A DNA stretch of 54,909 nt, taken from positions 1 through 54,909 of the IMG/VR virus record IMGVR_UViG_3300050132_000156, one strand, 5' to 3'. This document shows, in pieces, positions 47,349 to 54,909 of the stretch. The DNA is from a virus (lineage: Duplodnaviria > Caudoviricetes). Made by a program: the position numbers and the translations under genes. Within the stretch, counting starts at the first letter, position 1; the number at the start of each line of letters is the position of its first letter. The notes under the pieces are model-generated. The model made no database searches. It saw only the letters and a list, made by a program, of their open reading frames with translations, and was not told the DNA's origin.

Positions 47349-47404
47349 GCGTGTTCCTTCCGTTATTTTGCCGCTATTCCGCCATCGGGTCAAGTGGAAA
47401 TCGG

Positions 47405-47674
47405 TTAACTGCCAGATCTATCCCAGAACATCGTCGCGTCGTCATAGGGCGTGCCGTAATCGCCCGCGCCCCGTTGCGTTTTCCGCTCGGAAAGCATAGC
47501 CTCCGCCATGCTATAAGCCATTTCCGCCATTTCAGACGGGAGCGCCTTGATTTCAGGGTTGGCGCAGAGTCCAGTCAGGGCGTGTTTCGCAAACAAGTCC
47601 AAGCTGGCCCAGTAAGCCTCCAATGCCTGCCGCCGCCGCAGTTCGACCCAATCTTCTTTTTTTAAGTCGGTCAT
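47405..47674 (-). CDS. Hypothetical protein
   Basis: DLFAKHALTGLCAN...AYSMAEAMLSER, a pattern common in small phage proteins. Confidence 0.6.
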   Translation of the reverse strand: MTDLKKEDWVELRRRQALEAYWASLDLFAKHALTGLCANPEIKALPSEMAEMAYSMAEAMLSERKTQRGAGDYGTPYDDATMFWDRSGS

Positions 47675-47738
47675 TGTCGCTTTCCGCCTTTCGTCTTTCG
47701 CTCGAACAGTTTCCGCCGGACATGCGGCACGAAGGCCG

Positions 47739-48050
47739 CTACTGCGCTGCTACGGCTTCGCCGCGATGCAGCCACAAGTTCGCCATCTCCGGAGTGCCCT
47801 CCAGTTCCGCAGAAACCTCCCAGCCACCCTTGCCGCCGAGAATGCCACTGCTGAGATTGATGGCCTTGATTGCTTTCACGCCGGTGGCATTGTAGCCGCA
47901 GCCACCAACACAGTACCCCACATGGCCGCGATAGCCGAGAATGGCTACCTTAAGGGCTTCTTCTTCGGTTGCTCCCTCGCCTACCAAGGTGGCTCCGCCG
48001 CCGAACGCGTCGAGCGAATGCGCTCTGAATTTCCAAACCATGTTTCCCAT
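47739..48050 (-). CDS. Hypothetical protein
   Basis: GGAGGAG RBS. Confidence 0.55.
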   Translation of the reverse strand: MGNMVWKFRAHSLDAFGGGATLVGEGATEEEALKVAILGYRGHVGYCVGGCGYNATGVKAIKAINLSSGILGGKGGWEVSAELEGTPEMANLWLHRGEAVAAQ

Positions 48051-48068
48051 TTTGTTTCTCCTCCCGGT

Positions 48069-48350
48069 TTAAGCCTCCGGGTGGCTCTTTCGCTCGAACA
48101 ATTTCCGCCCGTCGAGGACCGTATAGCGCCAGGCCGGATGTGCCGCCTTTTCCGCCAGCACCGGCCCGTCGTAGCAGTCCCCGCAAATCAGTTCGTGGAT
48201 TTTCCGCCCTTCCACCCCGGGCTCGACCTCGACCGCCTCGACGCTTACCGCCCGGCTCAGGCACAGCGGCGCCGCGCAGCGCCCGCAGAAGGGCTGACTT
48301 GTTACGCGCCGGCGCAGGGTGTCGTGAGCCGTGAGGGTGAGCCGGATCAT
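48069..48350 (-). CDS. Zn-finger protein
   Basis: CGRC...CGDC; coupled to the upstream gene. Confidence 0.55.
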   Translation of the reverse strand: MIRLTLTAHDTLRRRVTSQPFCGRCAAPLCLSRAVSVEAVEVEPGVEGRKIHELICGDCYDGPVLAEKAAHPAWRYTVLDGRKLFERKSHPEA

Positions 48351-48946
48351 GCGACCGCGATCCGTTCCGGCCTGAAGTAAGTTCCGCCGTATTGAATCGC
48401 CTCTGCAATGTGTTTCGCCTGTATCCGCTCGGAGGCTCCGAGGTTCGCAATCACGCGCGCCACGCGCAGCGCTTTCTGATATTGCCCGTTCGACATCGCA
48501 AGCCGGCGCAGCGCCATTTCCGCCGTTCGGCGCGCCATGCCATCCAATTCGAGGCCCAGGTGATTTTTCCCGAACTCCACGGCCGCGGCTACCCGCTTTT
48601 CCCGCCAGGTGTCGTCATCGGGCGCGTTCATCTGCCGCCCGAGCATATCCGCCGCGGTCGCCATGCAGGTTTCGATAATCAAGTCGAATTCTTCCGCCTC
48701 ACGCTCAAGCCGCCGGTACCAGCGGTAGAGCAGCCGCGCGCTGCAGGTACACTCGCGCCCCGGGTTCATGTAGTTTCCGCACGGGCAGGAATCCCGCTCG
48801 GCGCTTTCCACGTCGGGGAACGCCGCCCGCAGCGTGGTCTTGGAGCTGCCGCGCGGCCCGACCAGCATGACTTTCAGGCCGCCCGCTTGCGCCACTTCGA
48901 AGGCGCGTTTCGCCGTCGCGTTTCCTCGGATCTCGTATTGTTTCAT
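48347..48946 (-). CDS. Internally deleted ComM/YifB (Mg-chelatase-related) AAA+ homologue
   Basis: IRGNATAKRAFEVAQAGG..VGPRGSSKT, CPCG..CTCS, LRVARVIANL...HIAEAIQY. Confidence 0.8.
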   Translation of the reverse strand: MKQYEIRGNATAKRAFEVAQAGGLKVMLVGPRGSSKTTLRAAFPDVESAERDSCPCGNYMNPGRECTCSARLLYRWYRRLEREAEEFDLIIETCMATAADMLGRQMNAPDDDTWREKRVAAAVEFGKNHLGLELDGMARRTAEMALRRLAMSNGQYQKALRVARVIANLGASERIQAKHIAEAIQYGGTYFRPERIAVA

Positions 48947-49019
48947 CGTGTTTCCGCCTTTCCTCGTATCATCGGCACGTGCGGCCGCCCGCTGCGACAG
49001 GCGGCCTGGCTTGCAGACG

Positions 49020-49241
49020 CTACTTTTCCGCCCGCCGCTTTTCCCGCTGCAGTTTCGCGTGGAAGTAGCGCGCCCGCGATCCGTTCGCGTTGCTCGGCCG
49101 CCTGTAGTGGCAGTAGTTCGCCTCTACCAGCAGAACTTCCACTTGCGCCGTGTTCAGGGTGTGAAAGTCCACCGCTATGATGCCCGACAGGTCCATCGGT
49201 GGTACTTCCCGCGTTTCCGCCGTTCGCTGTGTCTGTTTCAT
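49020..49241 (-). CDS. Hypothetical protein
   Basis: GGGAG RBS; YRRPSNANGSRARYF. Confidence 0.55.
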   Translation of the reverse strand: MKQTQRTAETREVPPMDLSGIIAVDFHTLNTAQVEVLLVEANYCHYRRPSNANGSRARYFHAKLQREKRRAEK

Positions 49242-49401
49242 GGTTGCTATGCTCCCAGTACGCAGAACGCCTCACTGCCGTAGTCGTTTGTTTTTCCACT
49301 CGGCAGGGTGAGCTTGAAAAGTGTGTAGGCCATGGCTAAACTCCCTTTCGGTCAATTTCCGCACTCGTGCCCGCTGCGACGGGCACTGATTCGGGGACTG
49401 A

Positions 49402-49725
49402 TCAGACACTCACGTATTGCCCGCGCGCCACCGCGAACGTGGAGAACCGCAATTCCTGCAAGAGCGTGAAGTTTGCGTCTCTCCGCGCTTCGAAGTGGAA
49501 CGCGGACATGCCCGTGTCGATTTCCTGAATGCCCCACGTGGCGCAAGGGTATGTGTTGCCCGTGGACATGTTCTTGGCGATGCAAGTGCACCGCGAATCA
49601 GGCGCGCGCCTGTATCCGAGCGCTTTTAGTTCGGCGTCTAGCGTCGCAATGGACACTTGGCGGCCGCCATATTCAAGCGTCCGCTTCACTTCCAGCGTCA
49701 ATCCGATGCTCTTGTACTCTGGCAT
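49402..49725 (-). CDS. Hypothetical protein
   Basis: AGGAG RBS before ATG 49725. Confidence 0.6.
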   Translation of the reverse strand: MPEYKSIGLTLEVKRTLEYGGRQVSIATLDAELKALGYRRAPDSRCTCIAKNMSTGNTYPCATWGIQEIDTGMSAFHFEARRDANFTLLQELRFSTFAVARGQYVSV

Positions 49726-49733
49726 GGTGACTC

Positions 49734-50294
49734 CTAGACGATCGCCCATATCTCGCGCAACGTCCGACTGGTCTTGAAGTACAGCGTGACGTTGCCGTGG
49801 TCGTTTACAACAGCCACTTCACCACGAAACCATACAGGGACTTCGGAGAGGTCCGAAACCTTGATATTCTCGACGTCAAAGTCCCAAACGTTGCCACCAT
49901 TGACAAACGTCGGAACCGAGAACTCTTCGTCCCATTCTTCACTCAACCAAAACCCATAGTCGGAACCATCGCCGGGATGCGCGCCAAAGTAGAAATAAGG
50001 TGCGGCGTACTCGCCGAGTGCATCGCAGAGCGATTCGAGGTCGTACTCGGCGTCTTCGGACTCGTAATAGCCGATTTCGGCGTCGTCTTCCGTCTCTCCA
50101 CGTAACTCAATCCGTCTCTCAATCTCGCGGGCCAGCTTCGCGTGCTGGCGTCTGGACTTAGCTGGCAGGATGCCAGTCTGGCGCGCCAGACCTTGCAGCT
50201 CGTAACAGAACGTCGGGATCAAGTCCTCTTCGCGCATGGTGGCGCAAGAGACTGAACCCATTGGGTAATTGGCAGTTCGTTTGCCGGACTTCAT
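49734..50294 (-). CDS. Acidic early protein (YFGAHPGDGSDYGFW)
   Basis: AGGAG RBS; first gene after the leftward promoter. Confidence 0.7.
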   Translation of the reverse strand: MKSGKRTANYPMGSVSCATMREEDLIPTFCYELQGLARQTGILPAKSRRQHAKLAREIERRIELRGETEDDAEIGYYESEDAEYDLESLCDALGEYAAPYFYFGAHPGDGSDYGFWLSEEWDEEFSVPTFVNGGNVWDFDVENIKVSDLSEVPVWFRGEVAVVNDHGNVTLYFKTSRTLREIWAIV

Positions 50295-50334
50295 TGTAAT
50301 CTCCTATCGAATCGAACATCCTATCTACTCTTCT

Positions 50335-50363
50335 ACTATGCGCTCAATCCGCTATCGCGTCAA
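50335..50363 (-). promoter_or_regulatory. Leftward promoter of the putative early block
   Basis: Minus strand TTGACG, 17 nt, CATAGT. Confidence 0.6.
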
Positions 50364-50429
50364 GAGGTATTACGAAAATAGGTGGAAATAATCGGAGAGG
50401 GGCAAACGGGCAGGACCGCGACAGGTCGA

Positions 50430-50557
50430 GTGTGGTACTTTCTACCACACCTTTGGCAGTTAATACCACGCAAGGTGTGGCTTGATTGACACACTGTGGT
50501 AGAACGTACCACGCTGTATGTGTCAAACGGACCACGCTGGCAAGTGCCGCAAGGTGT
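50430..50557. promoter_or_regulatory. Operator-like palindrome cluster (GTGGTA-N5-TACCAC x2)
   Basis: Palindromes at 50432-50448 and 50496-50512; TTGACACA/TGTGTCAA flank the second. Confidence 0.6.
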
Positions 50558-51239
50558 AGTGAGAGATGAGGGTATGAAACCACGTTCGAGGTGTACAGCG
50601 GCTTCGCTGTGCGCGCGCGGAGACCTCGACAGCTCGCCGGATCGCCCGACGGCCGCAAGAATCAGGCGGAAACAGTCAACTTCTGATAATCACTATTACG
50701 TTAACTCCGACATGATAGCGGATTGTCCTAGCAAGTCGTTTGTAATCAACACTTGCAAGTGATAACGCGGAAATACGCGCCCATCTGGACCGCGATAATG
50801 GAGCTGATGCGCGACTATGCCGGCGTTTGAACGGGTTTGAACGGTGTTATCAGAAGTCAGGCGCGCCGCGGCCGCCGGCATAGTCCGACCGATCGGTTGT
50901 CCGATATGGTGATCGAGCGTAACAGTGGACAGATGCCCGCCGTCCCATTCCAAACGCCCTCTTGCATTTTCTGGTAGCTATATTTTTTGGGCCCGGCGCC
51001 ACGGAAAGAGCCGGAAGGCAGGATGCCTGCCTGTTCCATAAACGTGTCTGAGTTCCTCCCGCCTAGTTCCGTGCTCTCTTCCGGACTGATGCGCCTTGAT
51101 CGTAGCTGGCGCTTGACACTCCAGCCTGCTGGGTCTACTCTGGATCTGCGTGTTCCCCGCCGTTGGGTTGAGTTCCGGATCATTCTTCGGCCCGTCTGGT
51201 GATTCTGCCAGCCGGGCCGAAGTTGCGTCTGTGGCTCAG

Positions 51240-51493
51240 AATTCCAACCTCCCTACCATCGTTCGATGGTTGGAATTCCTGCAAGTCTTTTAGAAAACCT
51301 CTCCAACTCCCGTCCTACCAAATCGTGCGGCTTCATATACGCGCGTGTGTGCTATTACGCGCGTTATACACACTATTACCTATATAATCTTTTATCAAAC
51401 CAATTAGAAGGGCGGGAGTTGGGGAGGTTAAACAAAGGGCTTAGCGTCATTCCTACCTATGATTCAGGCAAGCTACGAGGTAGGACGGAATGC
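51240..51493. other. Probable replication origin
   Basis: AT-rich core flanked by a 21-bp inverted repeat (51296-51316 / 51409-51429, 19/21) and shorter CCAACC/CCTACC inverted pairs. Confidence 0.6.
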
Positions 51494-51540
51494 AGGTTAC
51501 GGTTATCCTTGCATGGTTCACTGGATCAATGGTATGGTCT

Positions 51541-51894
51541 ATGGTGGAAAGGATATGCGCAGTGAGCACAACGAAGGATGGGTTTTGGGCGCTGGAGGTG
51601 GGCAAGTCTCCAATTTGGAGCCGCCGCCGGCTTCCTGTTGTCGAGGCCGGGGTTCTGGAAGATTACTTGCTGCGGCTGCTGGATGCGCTGCGCGCAACTC
51701 CGGGCGCGATCAACTGCTTCTCGGTCGCTGCCATGCTGAAAGACCTGGGGATGGACGAGGGCCCGGCAAACCAGATGTGGCTGGGTGGCGAATTGCGCTC
51801 GCGCGGCTGGTCCCGGCGCAAAGTTTGGCTGGAGTCTTCCGGACCTAGGAACCGCTGGTTCCCGCCGATCATTCCCTTGGACGATAGGTCCTGA
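51541..51894 (+). CDS. Stand-alone VapE C-terminal-like domain, paralog 1 (start uncertain)
   Basis: QMWLGGELRSRGWSRRK...RNRWFPP. Confidence 0.6.
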   Translation: MVERICAVSTTKDGFWALEVGKSPIWSRRRLPVVEAGVLEDYLLRLLDALRATPGAINCFSVAAMLKDLGMDEGPANQMWLGGELRSRGWSRRKVWLESSGPRNRWFPPIIPLDDRS

Positions 51895-51896
51895 AT

Positions 51897-52520
51897 ATGC
51901 CACGAACCGCCCGTAGTGCCGAACAGATGGGAGCTTCAGTCGCTCGGGAGGAGTGGGCGCTCATTGCCCGCTCGCGCGATTCGGAGTGGTACGACGCCCT
52001 TGTGCGCGAGTTCCGGGAGAAGGGCCACGTCCGCATCGACCGCCGCTCGTCTCCTCCCATCCCGGTTTTGCGCGAAGAACTGCGTAAACGGCTGGCGTTC
52101 ACCGACGACCCCACGCGCCGTAAGTTTACCCTCAAATTGGCGATCCCGGCCAAGATCCCAGTTAAGGCCAACGGAAGGCCTGTCCACCAGAAGCGGAACG
52201 TACTGCTTCTCGACGCGATTCCTCCCAGCGTGCGGGTGAAGTCCACTTTAGTGCCGCAGCCTCCCAAACTGCTCGAATGCGTTTTGCCGGCTCTCTCGAA
52301 CGTCTGGGGTGAAGCACTTGCCGCCGATCCACTAACCCGCTGGTTCCGGCTGGTGGACGTGGCGGGGCGTGCCGGGGTCGAACCCACGCAGCGGAACCAC
52401 ATGGCCGTCGCCGCGGCGCTGCGCTATGCCGGCTGGACACAGCACGCCGTCAAGGATCCAGCGGCGGAAGGCCGACTGGCCCGGCGTTGGTTCCCGCCGA
52501 TCGTGCAGGAGGAGAAATGA
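51897..52520 (+). CDS. VapE C-terminal-like domain protein, paralog 2
   Basis: HMAVAAALRYAGWTQ...ARRWFPP. Confidence 0.65.
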   Translation: MPRTARSAEQMGASVAREEWALIARSRDSEWYDALVREFREKGHVRIDRRSSPPIPVLREELRKRLAFTDDPTRRKFTLKLAIPAKIPVKANGRPVHQKRNVLLLDAIPPSVRVKSTLVPQPPKLLECVLPALSNVWGEALAADPLTRWFRLVDVAGRAGVEPTQRNHMAVAAALRYAGWTQHAVKDPAAEGRLARRWFPPIVQEEK

Positions 52521-52855
52521 AGAATTTCATGCCGATCGGGAATGTGCTCCCGCGCAATGCTGTCCTTTTCGATCCGATCTACATCGACCGGGCGCAACTG
52601 AAGCGGCTGGTGGAATGGGACAAGCTCCGGCTGGCCGGCAAACTGGAGCGGCCCATCGAAGAGATCCCAGTCACGGTCAACCGGATCATGAGCGACCTGC
52701 GCATCTTCCCAGACAAGAAGAACCAGCGGATGATCGAGTCGTGTCTCAAGTCGATTGGCTGGATCTACGATAAGCCGCCCCGCAGGGCACTGAAACGCAT
52801 GCATGCCTGGTTCCCTCCGCCGGCCGCCCCGGATGCCGCAGCGGAGAAACCCTGA
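52517..52855 (+). CDS. VapE C-terminal-like domain protein, paralog 3
   Basis: QRMIESCLKSIGWIY...HAWFPP; AGGAGGAG RBS. Confidence 0.65.
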   Translation: MKNFMPIGNVLPRNAVLFDPIYIDRAQLKRLVEWDKLRLAGKLERPIEEIPVTVNRIMSDLRIFPDKKNQRMIESCLKSIGWIYDKPPRRALKRMHAWFPPPAAPDAAAEKP

Positions 52856-52920
52856 AAATTCCCGGCACGATTCCGCCCGGTCGGGAGTACACTTCAGATA
52901 GCTATTAGGAGATAGCTCGC

Positions 52921-53466
52921 ATGATCCACATGAACCGCTCCCGCTTCACGCCGTTCCTGGCGCTTACCATCATCCTCTGCCTGGCTCTCGCCGGCTGCCC
53001 TGCCTCAACGCCCGTCACGCCCGATCAGGCGCTCACCGCACTGGAGGCCGCCGTCGCCTCGGCCGAGGTCGTAGTCGTCGCGCTCGGGGCGACTGGCGTG
53101 ATCCCTGTCGACGTCGCCGCCGAGATCACCGCGGCGATGCTGCCGCTGCCCGGGATCTTCAGACAGACCGCGCAGGAGATGGCGAGCACGGATACCGACA
53201 TCGTCAAGTCGCTCAAGATCGCGGAGTACTTCCAACCCGAGATCCAGGCGTTGACGATACTGCCGGCTCAGGCGCAGGTCTGGACTGGCGCTGTGATGTC
53301 GGCGATCAAGGTGTTTTTGAGCTTCTATGTGGTGCCGCAGGGGATGACACTCGTGACAGCGCCCAGGGGCGGGCACGTCACGACGTTCGATCCGACGCAC
53401 CTGTCGACTGTCGCGCTGAAGATCGGCGCGTTCGACCAGCACGTAAAGGCAATCAAGGGTCGATGA
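52921..53466 (+). CDS. Lipoprotein
   Basis: AGGAG RBS; signal peptide with LAGC lipobox. Confidence 0.75.
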   Translation: MIHMNRSRFTPFLALTIILCLALAGCPASTPVTPDQALTALEAAVASAEVVVVALGATGVIPVDVAAEITAAMLPLPGIFRQTAQEMASTDTDIVKSLKIAEYFQPEIQALTILPAQAQVWTGAVMSAIKVFLSFYVVPQGMTLVTAPRGGHVTTFDPTHLSTVALKIGAFDQHVKAIKGR

Positions 53467-53702
53467 GCGAGATTCTGGGCCACGGCATCCTGACGCCCGT
53501 TATTGCCAGAGACGATGTGGAGAGAGTGGTCAACGCCTGCCCGGACTGGCGCTCGGAGCGGGAGATTATGATTGCGACGGGACTGGGGAAGGGACGGGCG
53601 ACTAGGGCTATCGTCTGCGCTGGGGATCGGTTGGAGCGAATGGCGCAGAACCGCAATACCTGCACGCAGAGATGGATCTGGAGGCGGCGTGGAACAGCCT
53701 GA
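53463..53702 (+). CDS. Small hypothetical protein, possibly winged-helix
   Basis: ATGA overlap; SEREIMIATGLG. Confidence 0.5.
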   Translation: MSEILGHGILTPVIARDDVERVVNACPDWRSEREIMIATGLGKGRATRAIVCAGDRLERMAQNRNTCTQRWIWRRRGTA

Positions 53703-53886
53703 CGGGTATCCGCCCGGGACCGAGTGCCAATGCCTGCGCTGCGGGAAGCCGTGGCGGACCCGGCAGGCCGGGAAGCCGCCGCAGTGTCCAAATTGCCACT
53801 CGTCGTATTGGGACAAGGAGCGGAAACCTCGCAAGGGGGTTTCACGTGGAACGGGAGGACCCGGTGGCACGATTCCTGGAAAATGA
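53689..53886 (+). CDS. Zn-ribbon protein
   Basis: CLRCGKPW..R...PPQCPNCHSSYW; GGAGG RBS. Confidence 0.65.
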   Translation: MEQPDGYPPGTECQCLRCGKPWRTRQAGKPPQCPNCHSSYWDKERKPRKGVSRGTGGPGGTIPGK

Positions 53887-54319
53887 AGGCGACCTGTTCG
53901 GCGGCGACCGCGGCAAGGTGATGAAGGGGATTCTGCACAAGCCCCGAAAGAACGCGGCCGCTCCGAAGCCACGTAAGAAAAAAGAGCCCGTCGTCGAGCC
54001 CTTGCTGAGCAAGGCGCCGTACAAGCAGAGGATTAAGGATCTGCTGCTGGCGACCGGTTGGACGGTCTACGACGAGGACTTCCTGGCGAAGTGGGGCTTC
54101 AGCGGGGATACCGTGATCCGCCAGATGAACGGAGCGTTCCAGGCCAACGTGCTGTTCGTGCGGCGGCTGGTCCGGCTGGAGGCGATGTTCGAGAACGAGT
54201 TGAAGGCGGTCCACGCCGGTCTTATCAAGATGGCCCCGCCGAGAAGGGGAGAGCGCCCGGTGCGGTTGGATCTGCGGCGGGTCAAAACGGTGGTGGAGGA
54301 CGGGAAGCGTGGGCTATGA
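53846..54319 (+). CDS. Hypothetical basic protein (start uncertain)
   Basis: ORF fills the operon gap. Confidence 0.5.
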   Translation: MEREDPVARFLENEGDLFGGDRGKVMKGILHKPRKNAAAPKPRKKKEPVVEPLLSKAPYKQRIKDLLLATGWTVYDEDFLAKWGFSGDTVIRQMNGAFQANVLFVRRLVRLEAMFENELKAVHAGLIKMAPPRRGERPVRLDLRRVKTVVEDGKRGL

Positions 54320-54504
54320 AGATCAAGGATTTTGACTTGGTGACAAGGCGGGTGGTCTATTTGGCGCACATCGTCGATCAACGCCCCACGCCCGACAACC
54401 TTGCTCGCTTGAGGTTGGCGCTGGAAGACTTCGATAGAGTCCACGAGGCCGAACGCACAGAGAACCTTCTTCGCGCTTTGCGGGAGGCGGACATTGAAGT
54501 CTAG
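54316..54504 (+). CDS. Hypothetical protein
   Basis: ATGA overlap. Confidence 0.5.
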   Translation: MKIKDFDLVTRRVVYLAHIVDQRPTPDNLARLRLALEDFDRVHEAERTENLLRALREADIEV

Positions 54505-54760
54505 GCTCGTAAGCAGGGAAACCCTTGACGCCCGCATCGGTCGGCGTTGGAGAAGATGGGCCTATTTGGGAGACAACTTCAAGGAACGGCACGAAGGTTG
54601 GATGCGCTATATATTACTGCGGGGCGTGACAGTGCGGACGATCCAAATCAACAACTTGGACGATCCTCTGCTGGGCGACTTGGACCGTGAGAGGCTTCTC
54701 TCTGATTATCAGGAGCGGAAGTCTAAGAGAATATGGAGACTGCTGCGAGGGACGACTTAA
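54494..54760 (+). CDS. Hypothetical protein
   Basis: GGAGG RBS; stop abuts the ATG of the gene that wraps to 34..399. Confidence 0.5.
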   Translation: MKSRLVSRETLDARIGRRWRRWAYLGDNFKERHEGWMRYILLRGVTVRTIQINNLDDPLLGDLDRERLLSDYQERKSKRIWRLLRGTT

Positions 54761-54909
54761 TATGGCTGACGTAAGAAGTATCAATAATCACCGCACGCTC
54801 GCGCCGGATCAGGCGACGGTGCTGCAGTGCAAGGCTGGCGGCGGGGAGTACACTCCCATCGGCGGTGAAAATGGAAAACAGTGCATGCTGTGCGCGATGG
54901 ACAAGAAGG
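54729..54909. repeat. Terminal direct repeat, right copy
   Basis: Matches 1..181 at 180/181 positions. Confidence 0.95.

Noticed and set aside
50109-50118. 10-nt match (GAGACGGATT, minus strand) to the start of the putative guide after repeat 1
   Set aside because: Short enough to occur by chance, and the 5' flank is TGA rather than the type I-C TTC PAM; self-targeting is not supported
50344-51500. Short ORFs in the control region
   Set aside because: No RBS or codon support; they overlap palindromes and the origin-like repeats

Overview
The window appears to be a complete, circularly assembled ~54.7-kb tailed-phage genome: 1..181 is repeated at 54729..54909 with one mismatch. The layout is podovirus/P22-like. 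A long rightward late block (terminase, portal, scaffold, capsid, tail, ejection proteins; ~2-33.4 kb) is followed by a short leftward block (33.4-36 kb), a rightward recombination/replication block (YqaJ exonuclease, SMC-like ATPase, SF2 helicase, HNH-AP2, VRR-NUC, CHC2 Zn finger, VapE helicase; 36-45.6 kb), a leftward putative early block (45.6-50.3 kb), a non-coding control/origin region (50.3-51.5 kb) and small rightward genes. I recognised no DNA polymerase, intact integrase or endolysin. Most notable signals: (1) two solitary 27-nt type I-C CRISPR-repeat-like units flanking a 2.4-kb HTH/HNH/glycosyl-methyltransferase cassette, the first with mature-crRNA geometry; (2) 13 exact, co-oriented GGCGGAAA octamers in 3.5 kb of the early block; (3) three stand-alone copies of the VapE helicase C-terminal domain beside the probable origin; (4) an internally deleted mini-ComM ATPase; (5) three ejection proteins sharing an MGGFxG N-terminus next to a GNAT-like gene; (6) a ~400-nt structured intergenic RNA candidate; (7) three unannotated highly basic micro-peptides in the head operon. 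All calls come from motif recognition and synteny by eye; no searches were run.
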